From the NCBI GenBank assembly GCA_009693015.1, contig SHYB01000001.1, positions 47,885-111,884 on the forward strand: 64,000 nucleotides of DNA, given 5' to 3'. The notes beneath the pieces were generated by a model, which saw only the letters and a program-made list of their open reading frames with translations, was not told the origin of the DNA and made no database searches. The position numbers and the translations under genes are program-made. This DNA comes from Dehalococcoidia bacterium. Lineage in GTDB: Bacteria; Chloroflexota; Dehalococcoidia; SHYB01. Below, piece after piece: positions 36,642-46,692 of the stretch (position 1 is its first letter; each line of letters opens with the position of its first letter).

Positions 36642-38054
36642 ATGCCCCCCAAATCAGTCCTTACGCCCCAGTCGGTTGACTTTCCTCAGTGGTACCAGGA
36701 CGTGCTCAACAAGGCGGAGCTGGCCGACAACGGCCCCGTGCGCGGCACGATGGTCATTCGCCCCTACGGCTACGCGCTGTGGGAGCGCATCCAGGCGGAG
36801 GTTGACGCGCGCATCAAGCAGGCGGGGGGGCAGAACGTGTACCTGCCGCTGTTCATCCCGGAGAGCTACTTGCGCAAGGAAGCGGAGCACGTCAAGGGCT
36901 TTTCCCCTGAACTGGCGGTGGTGACGCACGCGGGCGGCAAGCAGTTGGAAGAGCCCGTGGTGGTGCGTCCCACCAGCGAAACGCTGTTCGGCGAGGTGAT
37001 GGCGAAGTGGGTGCAGAGCTATCGCGACCTGCCGCTGCTGCTCAACCAGTGGGCCAACGTGGTGCGATGGGAGTTGCGCCCGCGCATGTTTTTGCGCACC
37101 ACGGAGTTCTTGTGGCAGGAGGGGCACACGGCGCACGCCACGGAGCAGGACGCGGCGTCGTACGCGCTCAGAATCCTGCATGAGGTCTACCGCGATTTCT
37201 TCACGCAGGTGCTGGCGATCCCCGTGCTGGTGGGTCGCAAGACCAAAAAGGAGCGTTTCGCCGGGGCGACGAACACCATGACGTGCGAGGGGATGATGCG
37301 CGACGGCAAGGCGCTGCAGATGGCGACGAGCCATGAACTGGGCCAGACGTTCGCCAAGGCGTTCAATATCAACTACACCAGCGAGTCAGGGCAGGTGCAG
37401 ATCGCGTGGACGACGTCGTGGGGCAGCTCCACGCGGATGGTCGGCGCGCTGATCATGGCCCAGGGCGACGACAACGGCCTGCGTGTGCCGCCGCAGCTTG
37501 CCCCTACCCAGGCGGTGGTGCTGCTGGTGCGCGATGAGCAGGGCGCAGGCGAAAAAGCGCGGGCGATCGCTGATGCGCTGGCGGCGAACGGGGTGCGCGT
37601 GCGGCTGGACGCGGACGTGGCCAGCAGCTTCGGGCGCCGCGCCACGAAGTGGGAGTTGCAAGGCATCCCGGTGCGCATTGAGGTCGGCCCGCGCGACGTG
37701 GCGGCGGGGACCGTCACCGTGGCGCGGCGCGATACGGGGGTGAAGATGCCGGTGAGCTTGGACGGCGCGGCTCAGGCCGTTCCCGCGCTGCTCAAGGAGA
37801 TCCAGGAGGCGATGCTGGCGCAATCAAGCGCATGGCTGGCATCGCACATCGCCGATGCGGCGACGCTGGAGGAGGCGAAGGAGGCGGCGCAAACGGGGTT
37901 TGCCCGCCTGCCCTACGCCGCGCTGGGCGAGAACGGTGAGGCAGAGCTGGGGCTGCAGGCGCTGAGCGTGCGGTGCTTGCAGCGGGAGGATGGCTCGGTG
38001 CCCGCGAGCGAGTCGGAGCCGGGGATCGTGGCGATCATTGGGCGGGCGTATTAG
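36642..38054 (+). CDS. proS: prolyl-tRNA synthetase, short archaeal/eukaryotic-type
   Basis: 470 aa class II aaRS motifs 1-3, ProRS anticodon-binding and C-terminal Zn-type domain; no editing insertion. Confidence 0.85.
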   Translation: MPPKSVLTPQSVDFPQWYQDVLNKAELADNGPVRGTMVIRPYGYALWERIQAEVDARIKQAGGQNVYLPLFIPESYLRKEAEHVKGFSPELAVVTHAGGKQLEEPVVVRPTSETLFGEVMAKWVQSYRDLPLLLNQWANVVRWELRPRMFLRTTEFLWQEGHTAHATEQDAASYALRILHEVYRDFFTQVLAIPVLVGRKTKKERFAGATNTMTCEGMMRDGKALQMATSHELGQTFAKAFNINYTSESGQVQIAWTTSWGSSTRMVGALIMAQGDDNGLRVPPQLAPTQAVVLLVRDEQGAGEKARAIADALAANGVRVRLDADVASSFGRRATKWELQGIPVRIEVGPRDVAAGTVTVARRDTGVKMPVSLDGAAQAVPALLKEIQEAMLAQSSAWLASHIADAATLEEAKEAAQTGFARLPYAALGENGEAELGLQALSVRCLQREDGSVPASESEPGIVAIIGRAY

Positions 38055-38313
38055 GGGCGCTGCGACGCGGGCGAAATGTGCCTGAACCGGCGTGGCGGGT
38101 AGAAGCTATGGAGCCATCCCCCTTACCCCCTTTCTCTCCTAGAAGGGGGTGTATTGGGGGACACCCCCAACCCCGGTAGAGGGGCTGGCCGCCCTCTGCA
38201 CTCCGGCCCGGACAGGGACGTGCTTGTGAGGAGAGATGTACTCTGCATCGGTGGGATGCGCATGTGTCAGGGGCGGCAATCCAACACTTGGCCCCACCCC
38301 TAGAGGAGGGGAG

Positions 38314-38649
38314 ATGCCGCCGCACCGCGATACAAAAGGCATGCAATATATCTATATCACCACGACCGGGAGGGTGAGCGGTGAGCCGCGGGAGATCGAG
38401 ATCTGGTTTGTGGAGGACGAGGGCCGGTACTACGCGCTGTCGTACATCCGCGAGCGGGCGAACTGGGTGCGGAACGTGCGTGGCAACCCGCAGGTGCGCC
38501 TGTGGCTGGGAGGGCGGTCGTTCACGGCGCGCGCGCGGGTGCTCGAGCCGCGCCGCGATGCGAGGGCGTACCGGCGCGCGCAGCGGCTGATGCGGGAGAA
38601 GTACGAATGGGGCGCGGGCCTTCCCGTGGAGTTTTCCCCAGAGGCGTGA
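38314..38649 (+). CDS. deazaflavin(F420)-dependent nitroreductase family protein (DUF385/PNPOx-like)
   Basis: GGAGGGGAG RBS before ATG 38314; TTGRVSGEPREIEIWF.. pattern typical of the family. Confidence 0.6.
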   Translation: MPPHRDTKGMQYIYITTTGRVSGEPREIEIWFVEDEGRYYALSYIRERANWVRNVRGNPQVRLWLGGRSFTARARVLEPRRDARAYRRAQRLMREKYEWGAGLPVEFSPEA

Positions 38650-38664
38650 TGCGCCGGGGTCTCA

Positions 38665-38687
38665 CCCTCTCCCCTCAAGGGAGAGGG
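38665..38687 (+). terminator. perfect 9-bp GC hairpin after the DUF385 gene
   Basis: ccctctccc-ctcaa-gggagaggg. Confidence 0.45.
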
Positions 38688-38758
38688 AACAATGGGGAGG
38701 GCGCTTCGTTCATGTTGCAGGCGCCGGAAGATGGGCAACAGGCGCCGTAACCGCCCGG

Positions 38759-38986
38759 CTAGTTCATGTTGCAGGCGCTTGGCGTGGCGCAGCAGGCGCC
38801 TGCGCCACAGGAGGCGTCGGCGGGCATGGCGTCGCCGCCGGAAGTGACGGTAGCGAAGACGGAGAGCAGCTTCTTGGCGCCGGCGTGGCCTTGCGGACAC
38901 GTGGCGGTGGCCGTGGCGGTACTCACGGAGCGCAACTCCTCGAAGCGTGTGGTGCAACTGGGACAGTAGTATTCGTAGAGCGGCAT
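38759..38986 (-). CDS. FmdB-family zinc-ribbon putative regulatory protein
   Basis: MPLYEYYCPSC..CPQGH; GGAGG RBS; longer track ORF rejected. Confidence 0.6.
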   Translation of the reverse strand: MPLYEYYCPSCTTRFEELRSVSTATATATCPQGHAGAKKLLSVFATVTSGGDAMPADASCGAGACCATPSACNMN

Positions 38987-39118
38987 GGCGAACCTCCAAC
39001 TACAGGGATTGTACCCAGGTTGGGGAAGGATGGCAAGGCGGCTACGCCAGCATTGACACCCTGGAGGGGCAGGCATACTATCGCTGGCGGGCGCACGCCG
39101 CACCAAGGAGCAATCGTC

Positions 39119-40210
39119 ATGAAGTACGCCTGCATATCGTCGGATTCGCATGTGATCGAGCCGCCAACGCTATGGAAAGACTACTGCCCGCTGGCGTTCC
39201 GCGACCGCGCGCCGAAGCTGGAGCGCCTGCCGGAGAGCGATAGGTATGTGTGCGAGGGGCGGGAGATGATGCGCGTGGGGGCGATCAGCGCCGCGGGGAA
39301 GAAGAAGGAGACGGTGACGCACAACGGCTTTTGGGAGCGCGACGTGCCCAAGGGAGCGTATGATCCGCGCGCCCGCGTGGAGGCGATGCACGTGGACGGC
39401 GTGGATGCTGAGGTGGTGTACCCCACGATTTCGCTGCGGGTGTATGGGTTCAACGACACACCATTGCAACGGGCGTGCTTTGACGCCTACAACGCCTGGG
39501 CGTCGGACTTCTGCAAGGGCGCGCCGCAGCAGCTGCGGGCCATCGGCCTGGTGAACATGGACGACATCGAAGAGGGCGTGGCGCAGGTGCAGCGCGTGGC
39601 GAAGCTGGGGCTGGCCGGCGCGATGATCTCCATCAAGCCCAGCCAGGGGAACGAGTACAGCCAGAAGCAGTACGACCCGTTCTGGGCGGCGGCGCAGGAT
39701 ACGGGATTGCCCGTGAGCCTGCACATCGGCACGGACAGGGCGGCGAGCGCGGCGACGTTCGGGAGCGTGGGCGAGCTGGTGCTGGTGGCTGCGCCGGTGC
39801 AGGTGGCGATCGCGGACATCGCCTTCGGCGGGGTGTTCCAGCGCTTCCCCAAGCTGCAGGTGATCTCCGCGGAGAACGACGTGGGCTGGGTGGCGCACTA
39901 CCTGGAGCACCTCGATTACATTTTTTACAAGCGCCGCGGCATCAACAAGTGGGAACTGAAGGGCGAGAAGCCCGCCAGCGCCTGGGTGCGGGAGCAAGCC
40001 TACTTCACCTTCACCGACGACCATTGCTGGGTGCCGGGGCGCAGCGTTACCGGCGTGGACCGCTTCATGTGGGCGTCCGATTATCCCCACAACATGAGCT
40101 CCTGGCCCAACTCCCAGCCGCTGATCAAGGGGATCTTCGACGGGGTGCCGGAGGCCGAGCGGCACGCGGTGATCTCGGGGAACGCGGCGAAGCTGTACAG
40201 GTTCAATTAG
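39119..40210 (+). CDS. amidohydrolase-2 family metal-dependent hydrolase (ACMSD-like), paralog 1
   Basis: Start MKYACISSDSHVIEPP; HxH..H..D TIM-barrel metal ligands. Confidence 0.75.
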   Translation: MKYACISSDSHVIEPPTLWKDYCPLAFRDRAPKLERLPESDRYVCEGREMMRVGAISAAGKKKETVTHNGFWERDVPKGAYDPRARVEAMHVDGVDAEVVYPTISLRVYGFNDTPLQRACFDAYNAWASDFCKGAPQQLRAIGLVNMDDIEEGVAQVQRVAKLGLAGAMISIKPSQGNEYSQKQYDPFWAAAQDTGLPVSLHIGTDRAASAATFGSVGELVLVAAPVQVAIADIAFGGVFQRFPKLQVISAENDVGWVAHYLEHLDYIFYKRRGINKWELKGEKPASAWVREQAYFTFTDDHCWVPGRSVTGVDRFMWASDYPHNMSSWPNSQPLIKGIFDGVPEAERHAVISGNAAKLYRFN

Positions 40211-40237
40211 TGCAGAGCGTAGGGAGCGGGGCACGCG

Positions 40238-41131
40238 ATGCGGCGAGGTTATGCGGATACGCCCGAAGGGCAGGTGCATTACGCCGAAGAGGGCAGCGGG
40301 CCAGCGGTGCTGTTGCTGCACCACACGCCCCGCTCGTGGACGTTCTGGCGCCGCGTGATCCCGCTGCTCTCGCCGCGCCATCGCGTGGTGGCGATGGATA
40401 CGCTGGGCTTCGGCGCATCGGACGGGGCGAAGGCGGGGGCGAAGGCGCGGGACTACGCGGAGAACGTGGCGCATGTCATGGACGCGCTGGGCATCGAGCG
40501 GGCGCATGTGGCGGGGGCGATGACGGGGTCGCGCATCGCGATGGAGCTGGCGATCGGCTGGCCGGAGCGGGTGCAGTCGCTGACGGTGATGGGCTTCCCG
40601 CTATTTGATTCGCAGGCAGAGACGGACCGGCGCATGGCGGAGACGACGCGCGAGCACATGGGCGCGCCGGAGCCGGACGGGAGCCACGTGCTGAAGGTAT
40701 GGCGCTATGTGCTGGGAAATCTGGCGGTGCGGGATTTCGAGACGCCGTACGCGCCGGGGGTGTATGTGCCGGGGGCGGCGATGGAATCGCCCATCGCGCA
40801 ATTGACGGAAGCGGAGCAGGAGTACCTGCGGGACTGGATGGTGGATGAGTTGCGCGTGGGGGCACATTGGTGGAGCACGGCGGTGACAGTGTACAGCGAG
40901 GATGCGCGGCCGCGTTTGCCGCTGGTGCTGGCGCCGGTGCTGGCGCTGGGTTTGTGCGGGCGGGGGTTCCCCGCGTACCTGGGGGCGGAGCGCGCCGCCG
41001 AGGTGGCGAAGCTGGCGCCCAACGGCAGGACGATGAAGCTGGAGGGGGCGGATGCCGATTCGCGGGTGGCGACGTTCCACAGCAAGGAGCTGGCGGCGGC
41101 GATGCTGGTGTTCTGGAAGGGGCTGCGGTAG
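40238..41131 (+). CDS. alpha/beta hydrolase
   Basis: HHTPRS..GxxxG elbow region, fold pattern. Confidence 0.65.
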   Translation: MRRGYADTPEGQVHYAEEGSGPAVLLLHHTPRSWTFWRRVIPLLSPRHRVVAMDTLGFGASDGAKAGAKARDYAENVAHVMDALGIERAHVAGAMTGSRIAMELAIGWPERVQSLTVMGFPLFDSQAETDRRMAETTREHMGAPEPDGSHVLKVWRYVLGNLAVRDFETPYAPGVYVPGAAMESPIAQLTEAEQEYLRDWMVDELRVGAHWWSTAVTVYSEDARPRLPLVLAPVLALGLCGRGFPAYLGAERAAEVAKLAPNGRTMKLEGADADSRVATFHSKELAAAMLVFWKGLR

Positions 41132-41216
41132 TTGCTGGAGCAAGGGCATTTGAGCGGATGACCGGCAGGCCCACAAGTCATGGGTGGGTGGTGAGGTCTA
41201 GCGGGGGCTGGCGGCG

Positions 41217-42140
41217 CTACAGCACCGCGAGGGGGTTGACGGGACAGCCGGTGCCGCCTTCGATCTTGAGCGGGGCGATGGTGAGGAGGAACTCGTATCG
41301 GCCCGCGGCGGCGCAGGCGGCGGCCAGCGGCTCCAGTGCGGCGTTGTCTATCAGCGCGATGCCGTAGGCCCAGATCGCGCCGTGAACGGTGAACGGTACG
41401 CTGTAACCGTGGGGCAGGAGATCGAGCATGTCCCAGAGCAGCGCCGAGACGTCGTGGTCGCGCAAAAATGGGAGGCAGGAGGGGTGGAGGCCGGGGCGGG
41501 CGCGGCTCATGCCGTAGGCGCGGCCGGGGTTGGCCCGCTGCCAGGCGTCGCGGCCGCTGTAGACGCAAAGAGCATCGCCCGCGCGTACCGGCGTGCCTTG
41601 CGCCGCGGCGATCTCTTCCAGTTCCCAGCCGTGCACCGGCTCCTCCTGGGCGACGAACGGTTGTCCCCTGTGCCTGGGCACGTCCAACAGCACACCACGG
41701 GTAATGATGCCTTCATCCCCCCAGTGATGAACCGCGCCCCACTGCGCGCCATCGAACGTGATCTCCCGCTTGGCGTCGCGCCCGTTCCACATGCCGTCGC
41801 TGTCCCACATGTGGCACAGCGCGTCCAGGTGCGTGTTGGCCATGCCGTGGGTGTGCGAGCCGAAGTAATCGAGCGACGCGCCGGCGACGCCATTTGGTTG
41901 CGGACGCACGAACATGCCGTGCACCGGCGGGTGGAAGTTGTCCGGCGCGGGCGCCTTGGGGACGGTGCGCGACAGCGACACGACGCTGCCGGAGCGCACC
42001 AGGGCTGCCGCTTCGCGGCGCTTCTCCGGGGTGATGAGGTTGACCGCGCCGCGCTGATCGGCGTCGCCCCAGCGGCCCCAGTTGCGGCGCTTGAACAGGT
42101 AATCGTGGACTTTCTGATCTGTGGGGAGGGGGTGGGTCAT
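41217..42140 (-). CDS. cyclase family protein (kynurenine formamidase-like)
   Basis: HxGTHxDAxxH motif (GSHTHGMANTHLDALCH); start MTHPLP. Confidence 0.65.
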   Translation of the reverse strand: MTHPLPTDQKVHDYLFKRRNWGRWGDADQRGAVNLITPEKRREAAALVRSGSVVSLSRTVPKAPAPDNFHPPVHGMFVRPQPNGVAGASLDYFGSHTHGMANTHLDALCHMWDSDGMWNGRDAKREITFDGAQWGAVHHWGDEGIITRGVLLDVPRHRGQPFVAQEEPVHGWELEEIAAAQGTPVRAGDALCVYSGRDAWQRANPGRAYGMSRARPGLHPSCLPFLRDHDVSALLWDMLDLLPHGYSVPFTVHGAIWAYGIALIDNAALEPLAAACAAAGRYEFLLTIAPLKIEGGTGCPVNPLAVL

Positions 42141-42319
42141 GGGACGTGACTCCTGCGGTGCTACGGCGCGATTATAGCGCGGGCTGTGCCGTATGTGGTT
42201 GACAGGCCCAGTTGCTCCCACCCGACCCGGGAGGCTGGAGCGGCGAGGCGTTCCTCGTGGCCCTTTGCGCCAAATCTCCTCGCTGAGATAACAGGAAGGC
42301 GCTGAACGGGTGCGGCTGC

Positions 42320-43780
42320 CTACCTCACCCCCGTCGCCAGTGCGGCCTTGGCCGCCGCCTCCACGCGCGTGCCGTTGAAGAAGCTGGGGTTCATGCCGGC
42401 ATGCAACTGCACGATGTTGGTGTAGGAGAAGTCCTTGAAGTCCTGGGCGGTGAGCACGCCGCGCTCCAGCAGCTCGTAAGCCTCCTCCAGCACCTCGCGC
42501 ATGTCGGTCACGTCCCAGTGGCCGATGTCCGAGGAGAAGATGGCCCGCAGCCGCGCGCCGAAGGGGTTGACCTTGGTGTCGAACGCCCAGGCGTTGGTGG
42601 CGTCGTCGGCCTCGCAGCCGATGTAGAAGCGGGGCACGAAGAGGTCGCGTAATTCTTCGGCGCGGGTGGCGGCCATGTGGCGGAACTCGTCGGGGTGCTC
42701 AGGGCGAGGTTGCGGCTGATGCACCCATTTGCGCACTTCCCCCTCCAGGCGACGGTGCACGTCCTCGCCCTTCTCGTGCAGCAAGCGTTCCATGAGCGGC
42801 CTGTCCACGATCTCCGGATCAAGGTCGCGAATGGCCCTGCCGTTGCGCTTTTTCCAATGCGCGATGGTGTCGGCATAGAGCGAGCAGGCCCACGCCGCGC
42901 CGCCTTCCAGGAAGCCGAAGTTCAGCGTGGGGAAGCGCCGCGTGACGCCGCCCAGCCATAGCGATTTGCAGGTGGCCTCCGCCGACGATGCGAACGCGCC
43001 GATGTGGTTGTACATGTAGCTGGACGTGGAGCGCCGCGAGTTCTTGCCTATGTGCGCGCCGTGGAAGGTAGGGGCCACCTTGAGCTCCACGCACTTGGCC
43101 CACACGGGGTCGTAGTCGTGGGCGCTGTCCAGGCCGAACTTATCGGCCCAGGCCAGATCGCCGGTCATCTGCGGGTCTTCGCGCTGCACCCTGGGCACGG
43201 GGCGCAGCCATTCGTTGGGCATCTGCACCACCTTGAGCTTGAGCACGTTGACCACGTATTCCAGTTCGGCGATAGCCTCCTTGGGGTTGGCCATGGGGAT
43301 CATGGCGGCAGGCGTGAGGCGGCCGGCGTAGGGGCCGTAGAGATCGCGCACCATGAGGTTGAAGGCGCGGCACCCCTCCTGGCGAATCTCATCGTCGGGG
43401 TTCTGCATGAGGAACGCGCCCTCGCTGCCGTAGACGATGGAGAAGTCTATGCCGATCTCGTCGAGGCGTTCGTAGAGCAGGCGGGGGATGACGGCGGTGG
43501 CGCGGTCGAGGGTATTTTTGGCGGGGTGGAACCACCACGAGGTGACGGGGAGATCGGCGTCCACGCGCTGCGCCTGGGTGAGGGTGAGCATCTCCTGGCG
43601 GTAGCGCTTGGAGGCGGTGGAATCGAGAAAGCGCTGGGTGAGGCGCGACCCGCCCACCTGGCGCAGGTAATCGAAGAGCACGGGCGAGACTTCGATCATG
43701 TGCCCATCGCCGTCAATGATGGGGTGGCTCAGCTTGGCGCGGATCTGCTGCGAGTGGGTGGGCTTGGCGGTGGTGGTCAT
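42320..43780 (-). CDS. amidohydrolase-2 family protein, paralog 2 (long form)
   Basis: 486 aa; IDGDGHMIE N-terminal metal motif. Confidence 0.7.
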   Translation of the reverse strand: MTTTAKPTHSQQIRAKLSHPIIDGDGHMIEVSPVLFDYLRQVGGSRLTQRFLDSTASKRYRQEMLTLTQAQRVDADLPVTSWWFHPAKNTLDRATAVIPRLLYERLDEIGIDFSIVYGSEGAFLMQNPDDEIRQEGCRAFNLMVRDLYGPYAGRLTPAAMIPMANPKEAIAELEYVVNVLKLKVVQMPNEWLRPVPRVQREDPQMTGDLAWADKFGLDSAHDYDPVWAKCVELKVAPTFHGAHIGKNSRRSTSSYMYNHIGAFASSAEATCKSLWLGGVTRRFPTLNFGFLEGGAAWACSLYADTIAHWKKRNGRAIRDLDPEIVDRPLMERLLHEKGEDVHRRLEGEVRKWVHQPQPRPEHPDEFRHMAATRAEELRDLFVPRFYIGCEADDATNAWAFDTKVNPFGARLRAIFSSDIGHWDVTDMREVLEEAYELLERGVLTAQDFKDFSYTNIVQLHAGMNPSFFNGTRVEAAAKAALATGVR

Positions 43781-43816
43781 GGGTGTCCTTCGTTGGGCGA
43801 GATGCGGCGCGGCATG

Positions 43817-44170
43817 CTAGCGCGGGTAGATCTGCCGGTAGACGTTGGCTTCCCGCGTGGCGAATGCGCCGACGTCCTTGTTGAACGATTCGCGCAGCCG
43901 GGCGATATCGGGGCCGGCCATGGAGCGCTGCACGGCGGCAGCGTCGTCGTACTCGTACACCGCGAGGTAGCGATGCGACGCAGGAGCGGCGGCGCTGGGG
44001 TGCAGATCCGTGCCGGCGAAGGAGGACATGACCTCATAGCGCCGCGCCGTTTTGCAGCCCAGGAGGCGTTCCACGTCGGGGATGTGCACCTGCTCCATCC
44101 AGTGGTGGAACTTTTCATCATGGCCTGGCTGAACACTTGCGCGCACAATAATAAGGGCTGGGGTGGTCAT
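43817..44170 (-). CDS. small ferredoxin-fold protein (EthD/Dabb/ABM-like), tentative
   Basis: 117 aa; pattern resembles EthD/DUF4286; weak. Confidence 0.35.
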   Translation of the reverse strand: MTTPALIIVRASVQPGHDEKFHHWMEQVHIPDVERLLGCKTARRYEVMSSFAGTDLHPSAAAPASHRYLAVYEYDDAAAVQRSMAGPDIARLRESFNKDVGAFATREANVYRQIYPR

Positions 44171-44199
44171 GGTTTCTTCTCCTTATGCGGGGGGCTGCA

Positions 44200-45605
44200 T
44201 TACTTGAGCGGTATGATGCCGATGCCGTTCTGGAGACTGATTTCGGTGCTGTAGGGCTTGGAGCGGGCGGCGGAGCGCTCCAGCATTGTCGTTGCCGCGG
44301 GGCTGCCCGGCTCGGCGAGGAGGGCGCGCCCGCGTTCCGAGCGAGCGCCGGTGGACTGGTACTCCAGCGGGTAGATGCGTACTTCCTTGGGCTCGTGGTT
44401 ATCGTCGAACACCACCTGCTGCAGCACGCTGCCGCGCCCGAACTCATCGCGCCGCATGCCCACCACCGAGCCGCCGACGGCCTCCCCCTTGGCCCGCTCT
44501 TCGAGGAACTCCGCGGTGGTGCTGGCGGGGTCGAGTCCGTAGCGCATCTTGAGCTCCGGCGGGTTATGCCGGATGCTTTCATTCTGAAAGTAGAAGGGCG
44601 GGCACCCGTAGAGGATGACCTTGCCCTTGTAGACCTCCACGCCGCCGAGCCGCCCGCCGTGCAGGCCACGGCCACGTCCGCGCCGGCGTCAATGGCGCCG
44701 CGGGCGAAAGCCCGCACATGCACCTCATCCTGCTCGCGGCGCGCGCCCTGATCGTGCAGGGCGGCGACGACGAAATCGGCGGTGCGCCTCGCCTCGCGGA
44801 CCCACTTGAAGTTGCGCTGCAGGTCGGCCTCGTAGGGTTCGGTGGAAAAATCGAACGACTTGCCCAGGACGAACTTGCGTCCCATGAAGTGGAACTGCTT
44901 GGCGTTGTCCTGCTCGCAGCCCAGGATTGATTGGCTGACGAATGGCTCGGCGCGGCCCCCGCCGGCGCGGCGTCCCGCCTTGGCCTCCTCCCAGCCCAGC
45001 GCCTTGCTCATGCGCTTCAGCGCCCCGAAGGCTTCTTTATCCACGGTGTTGACCGCATCGTAGCGCAGCAGGTTGATGCCGGGCCGCGCCTTGAAAAACG
45101 CATCGGCGTCGCCGGGCATGACGCCGGTGGGCATTTGGAACGGCAGGTCGGCCTTGCCGCGCGGCCCCCAATCGCTCGCGGAGACCAGCGCCACGCGGCC
45201 CTTGTCCGTCTGGTAGTAGCCCGGCATGGTGGAGGTGGTGAGACTGGGGCCGATTCCGGCGTAGGCCAGCCCGCCGGCGTTGAGATACTTGATGGTGGTG
45301 GTGATGCCGTCTTCGGCGAAGTCGTGCACGTGGTTGTTGGCGGCATACACCAGGTTGATGCCCATCCACTTGAGCTCGGCGACGACGTGCGGCGGCGCGG
45401 CGAGGTAGGATGCGGCGCGCCCCCCGGCGACGTAGGCGGGGAACGGCTCGCCATTGTGGATGACGAACTCCAGGTTGGTCATGGCGCAGTCGGAGCCGCG
45501 CAGCAGCTGCACCAACTGGAGAAAGCGCGGGTCGGTGTACGCCGATGGCCGGTCCTGGAAGAAGCAATTGCCGGTGAGGGAAAGCGTGACTTGGCCGCTG
45601 GACAC
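44200..45605 (-). pseudogene. CapA/PgsA-family metallophosphatase gene with a single-nucleotide frameshift near 44667
   Basis: N-terminal 315 codons in one frame (track ORF 44118..45605 becomes low-complexity junk after ..GADVAVA); C-terminal 146 codons in another (44200..44640, ..HGGRLGGVEVYKGKVILYGC..); splice reconstructs GADVAVG-LHGG..VEVYKGK, matching family motif GADLVIGHHPH..YKGK. Confidence 0.5.
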
Positions 45606-45683
45606 AGGGACACCCCCCGCTGGAAAGAATGTGACTACCCACGCAGGATAGTACGTCCGTCAACAGGGGGGAAGCGGCGGGCC

Positions 45684-46598
45684 TTAGCGGCGCAACTTGG
45701 GCATAATCTCGCGGGCGATGATCTCCGGTATGGGCGCCGTGACATGCTCCGGCCCCGCGGGCCGCAGGATAAAGTGCGTGGCGCCCGCTTCGCGGAACTG
45801 CTGCATGCGCGCCAGGCATTGCTCCGGCGTGCCGATGATGGGGTAGCGGTGCACGATCTTGGAGAAGTCCTGGGCGTAGGTGTTCCCCAGCGCGCCCGCG
45901 GCATACTCCGCCGCCTTCTCGTACGTCTCGGCGATGGTCATAAAGGCGTAGATCGTCCGCTCGATTTTGGATGGGTCGCGGCCTGCCGCCGCCGCCATCT
46001 CCTCGATCTTGGCCCAGTCCTCGCGCCACATCTCCGGCGTGTACATATACGGCATCCAGCCATCGCCCACCAGCGCCGTGCGTTTGAGCGACCCTCGCCG
46101 CCCGCCCACCAGCACCGGCGGGTGCGGCTTCTGCACGGGGAACGGCTCCGTGGTCACATCGCTCATTTGCCAGAAGCGGCCCTGGAAGGTGACGTCGCGC
46201 TCCGTCCACAGTCGCTTCATCAGGCGGATGCTCTCCGTGGCCCGCGGCCCGCGTTCCTCCCGCGGCACGCCCATCGCTTCGAACTCCTTGGCGTACTCGC
46301 CTCCGATGCCGATGCCCAGCGAGGCGCGCCCGCCGGAAAGCACGTCCAGCGTGGCGACGGCCTTGGCGACGAGGATGGGGTGCTTCAGCGGCAGGAGGAG
46401 GATGGAGGTGCCCAGGCGTATGCGCGTGGTGACGGCGGCAACGGAGGCCAGAACCATGAGGGCGTCTGGGGTGCTGTGGCGCCACACCACATGCTCGCCG
46501 ATCCACAGCGAATCGAACCCCAGCGCCTCGGCGGCGCGCGCCTCTTGCGCCGATTGTGGCCCGCCGCGCAGCACCAGGCCGAACTGTATCTTGGACAT
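45684..46598 (-). CDS. LLM-class (luciferase-like) flavin/F420-dependent oxidoreductase
   Basis: Start MSKIQFGLVL typical of LLM; TIM-barrel pattern. Confidence 0.7.
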   Translation of the reverse strand: MSKIQFGLVLRGGPQSAQEARAAEALGFDSLWIGEHVVWRHSTPDALMVLASVAAVTTRIRLGTSILLLPLKHPILVAKAVATLDVLSGGRASLGIGIGGEYAKEFEAMGVPREERGPRATESIRLMKRLWTERDVTFQGRFWQMSDVTTEPFPVQKPHPPVLVGGRRGSLKRTALVGDGWMPYMYTPEMWREDWAKIEEMAAAAGRDPSKIERTIYAFMTIAETYEKAAEYAAGALGNTYAQDFSKIVHRYPIIGTPEQCLARMQQFREAGATHFILRPAGPEHVTAPIPEIIAREIMPKLRR

Positions 46599-46692
46599 CG
46601 CAACCCCCGGCGAGCGAAAGATAGCCGACAGAAGAGGGTTCATGGTACCATAACCCCGCTTTTTGGGGGAGAGCCATTCTGTGGGAGCGGCA

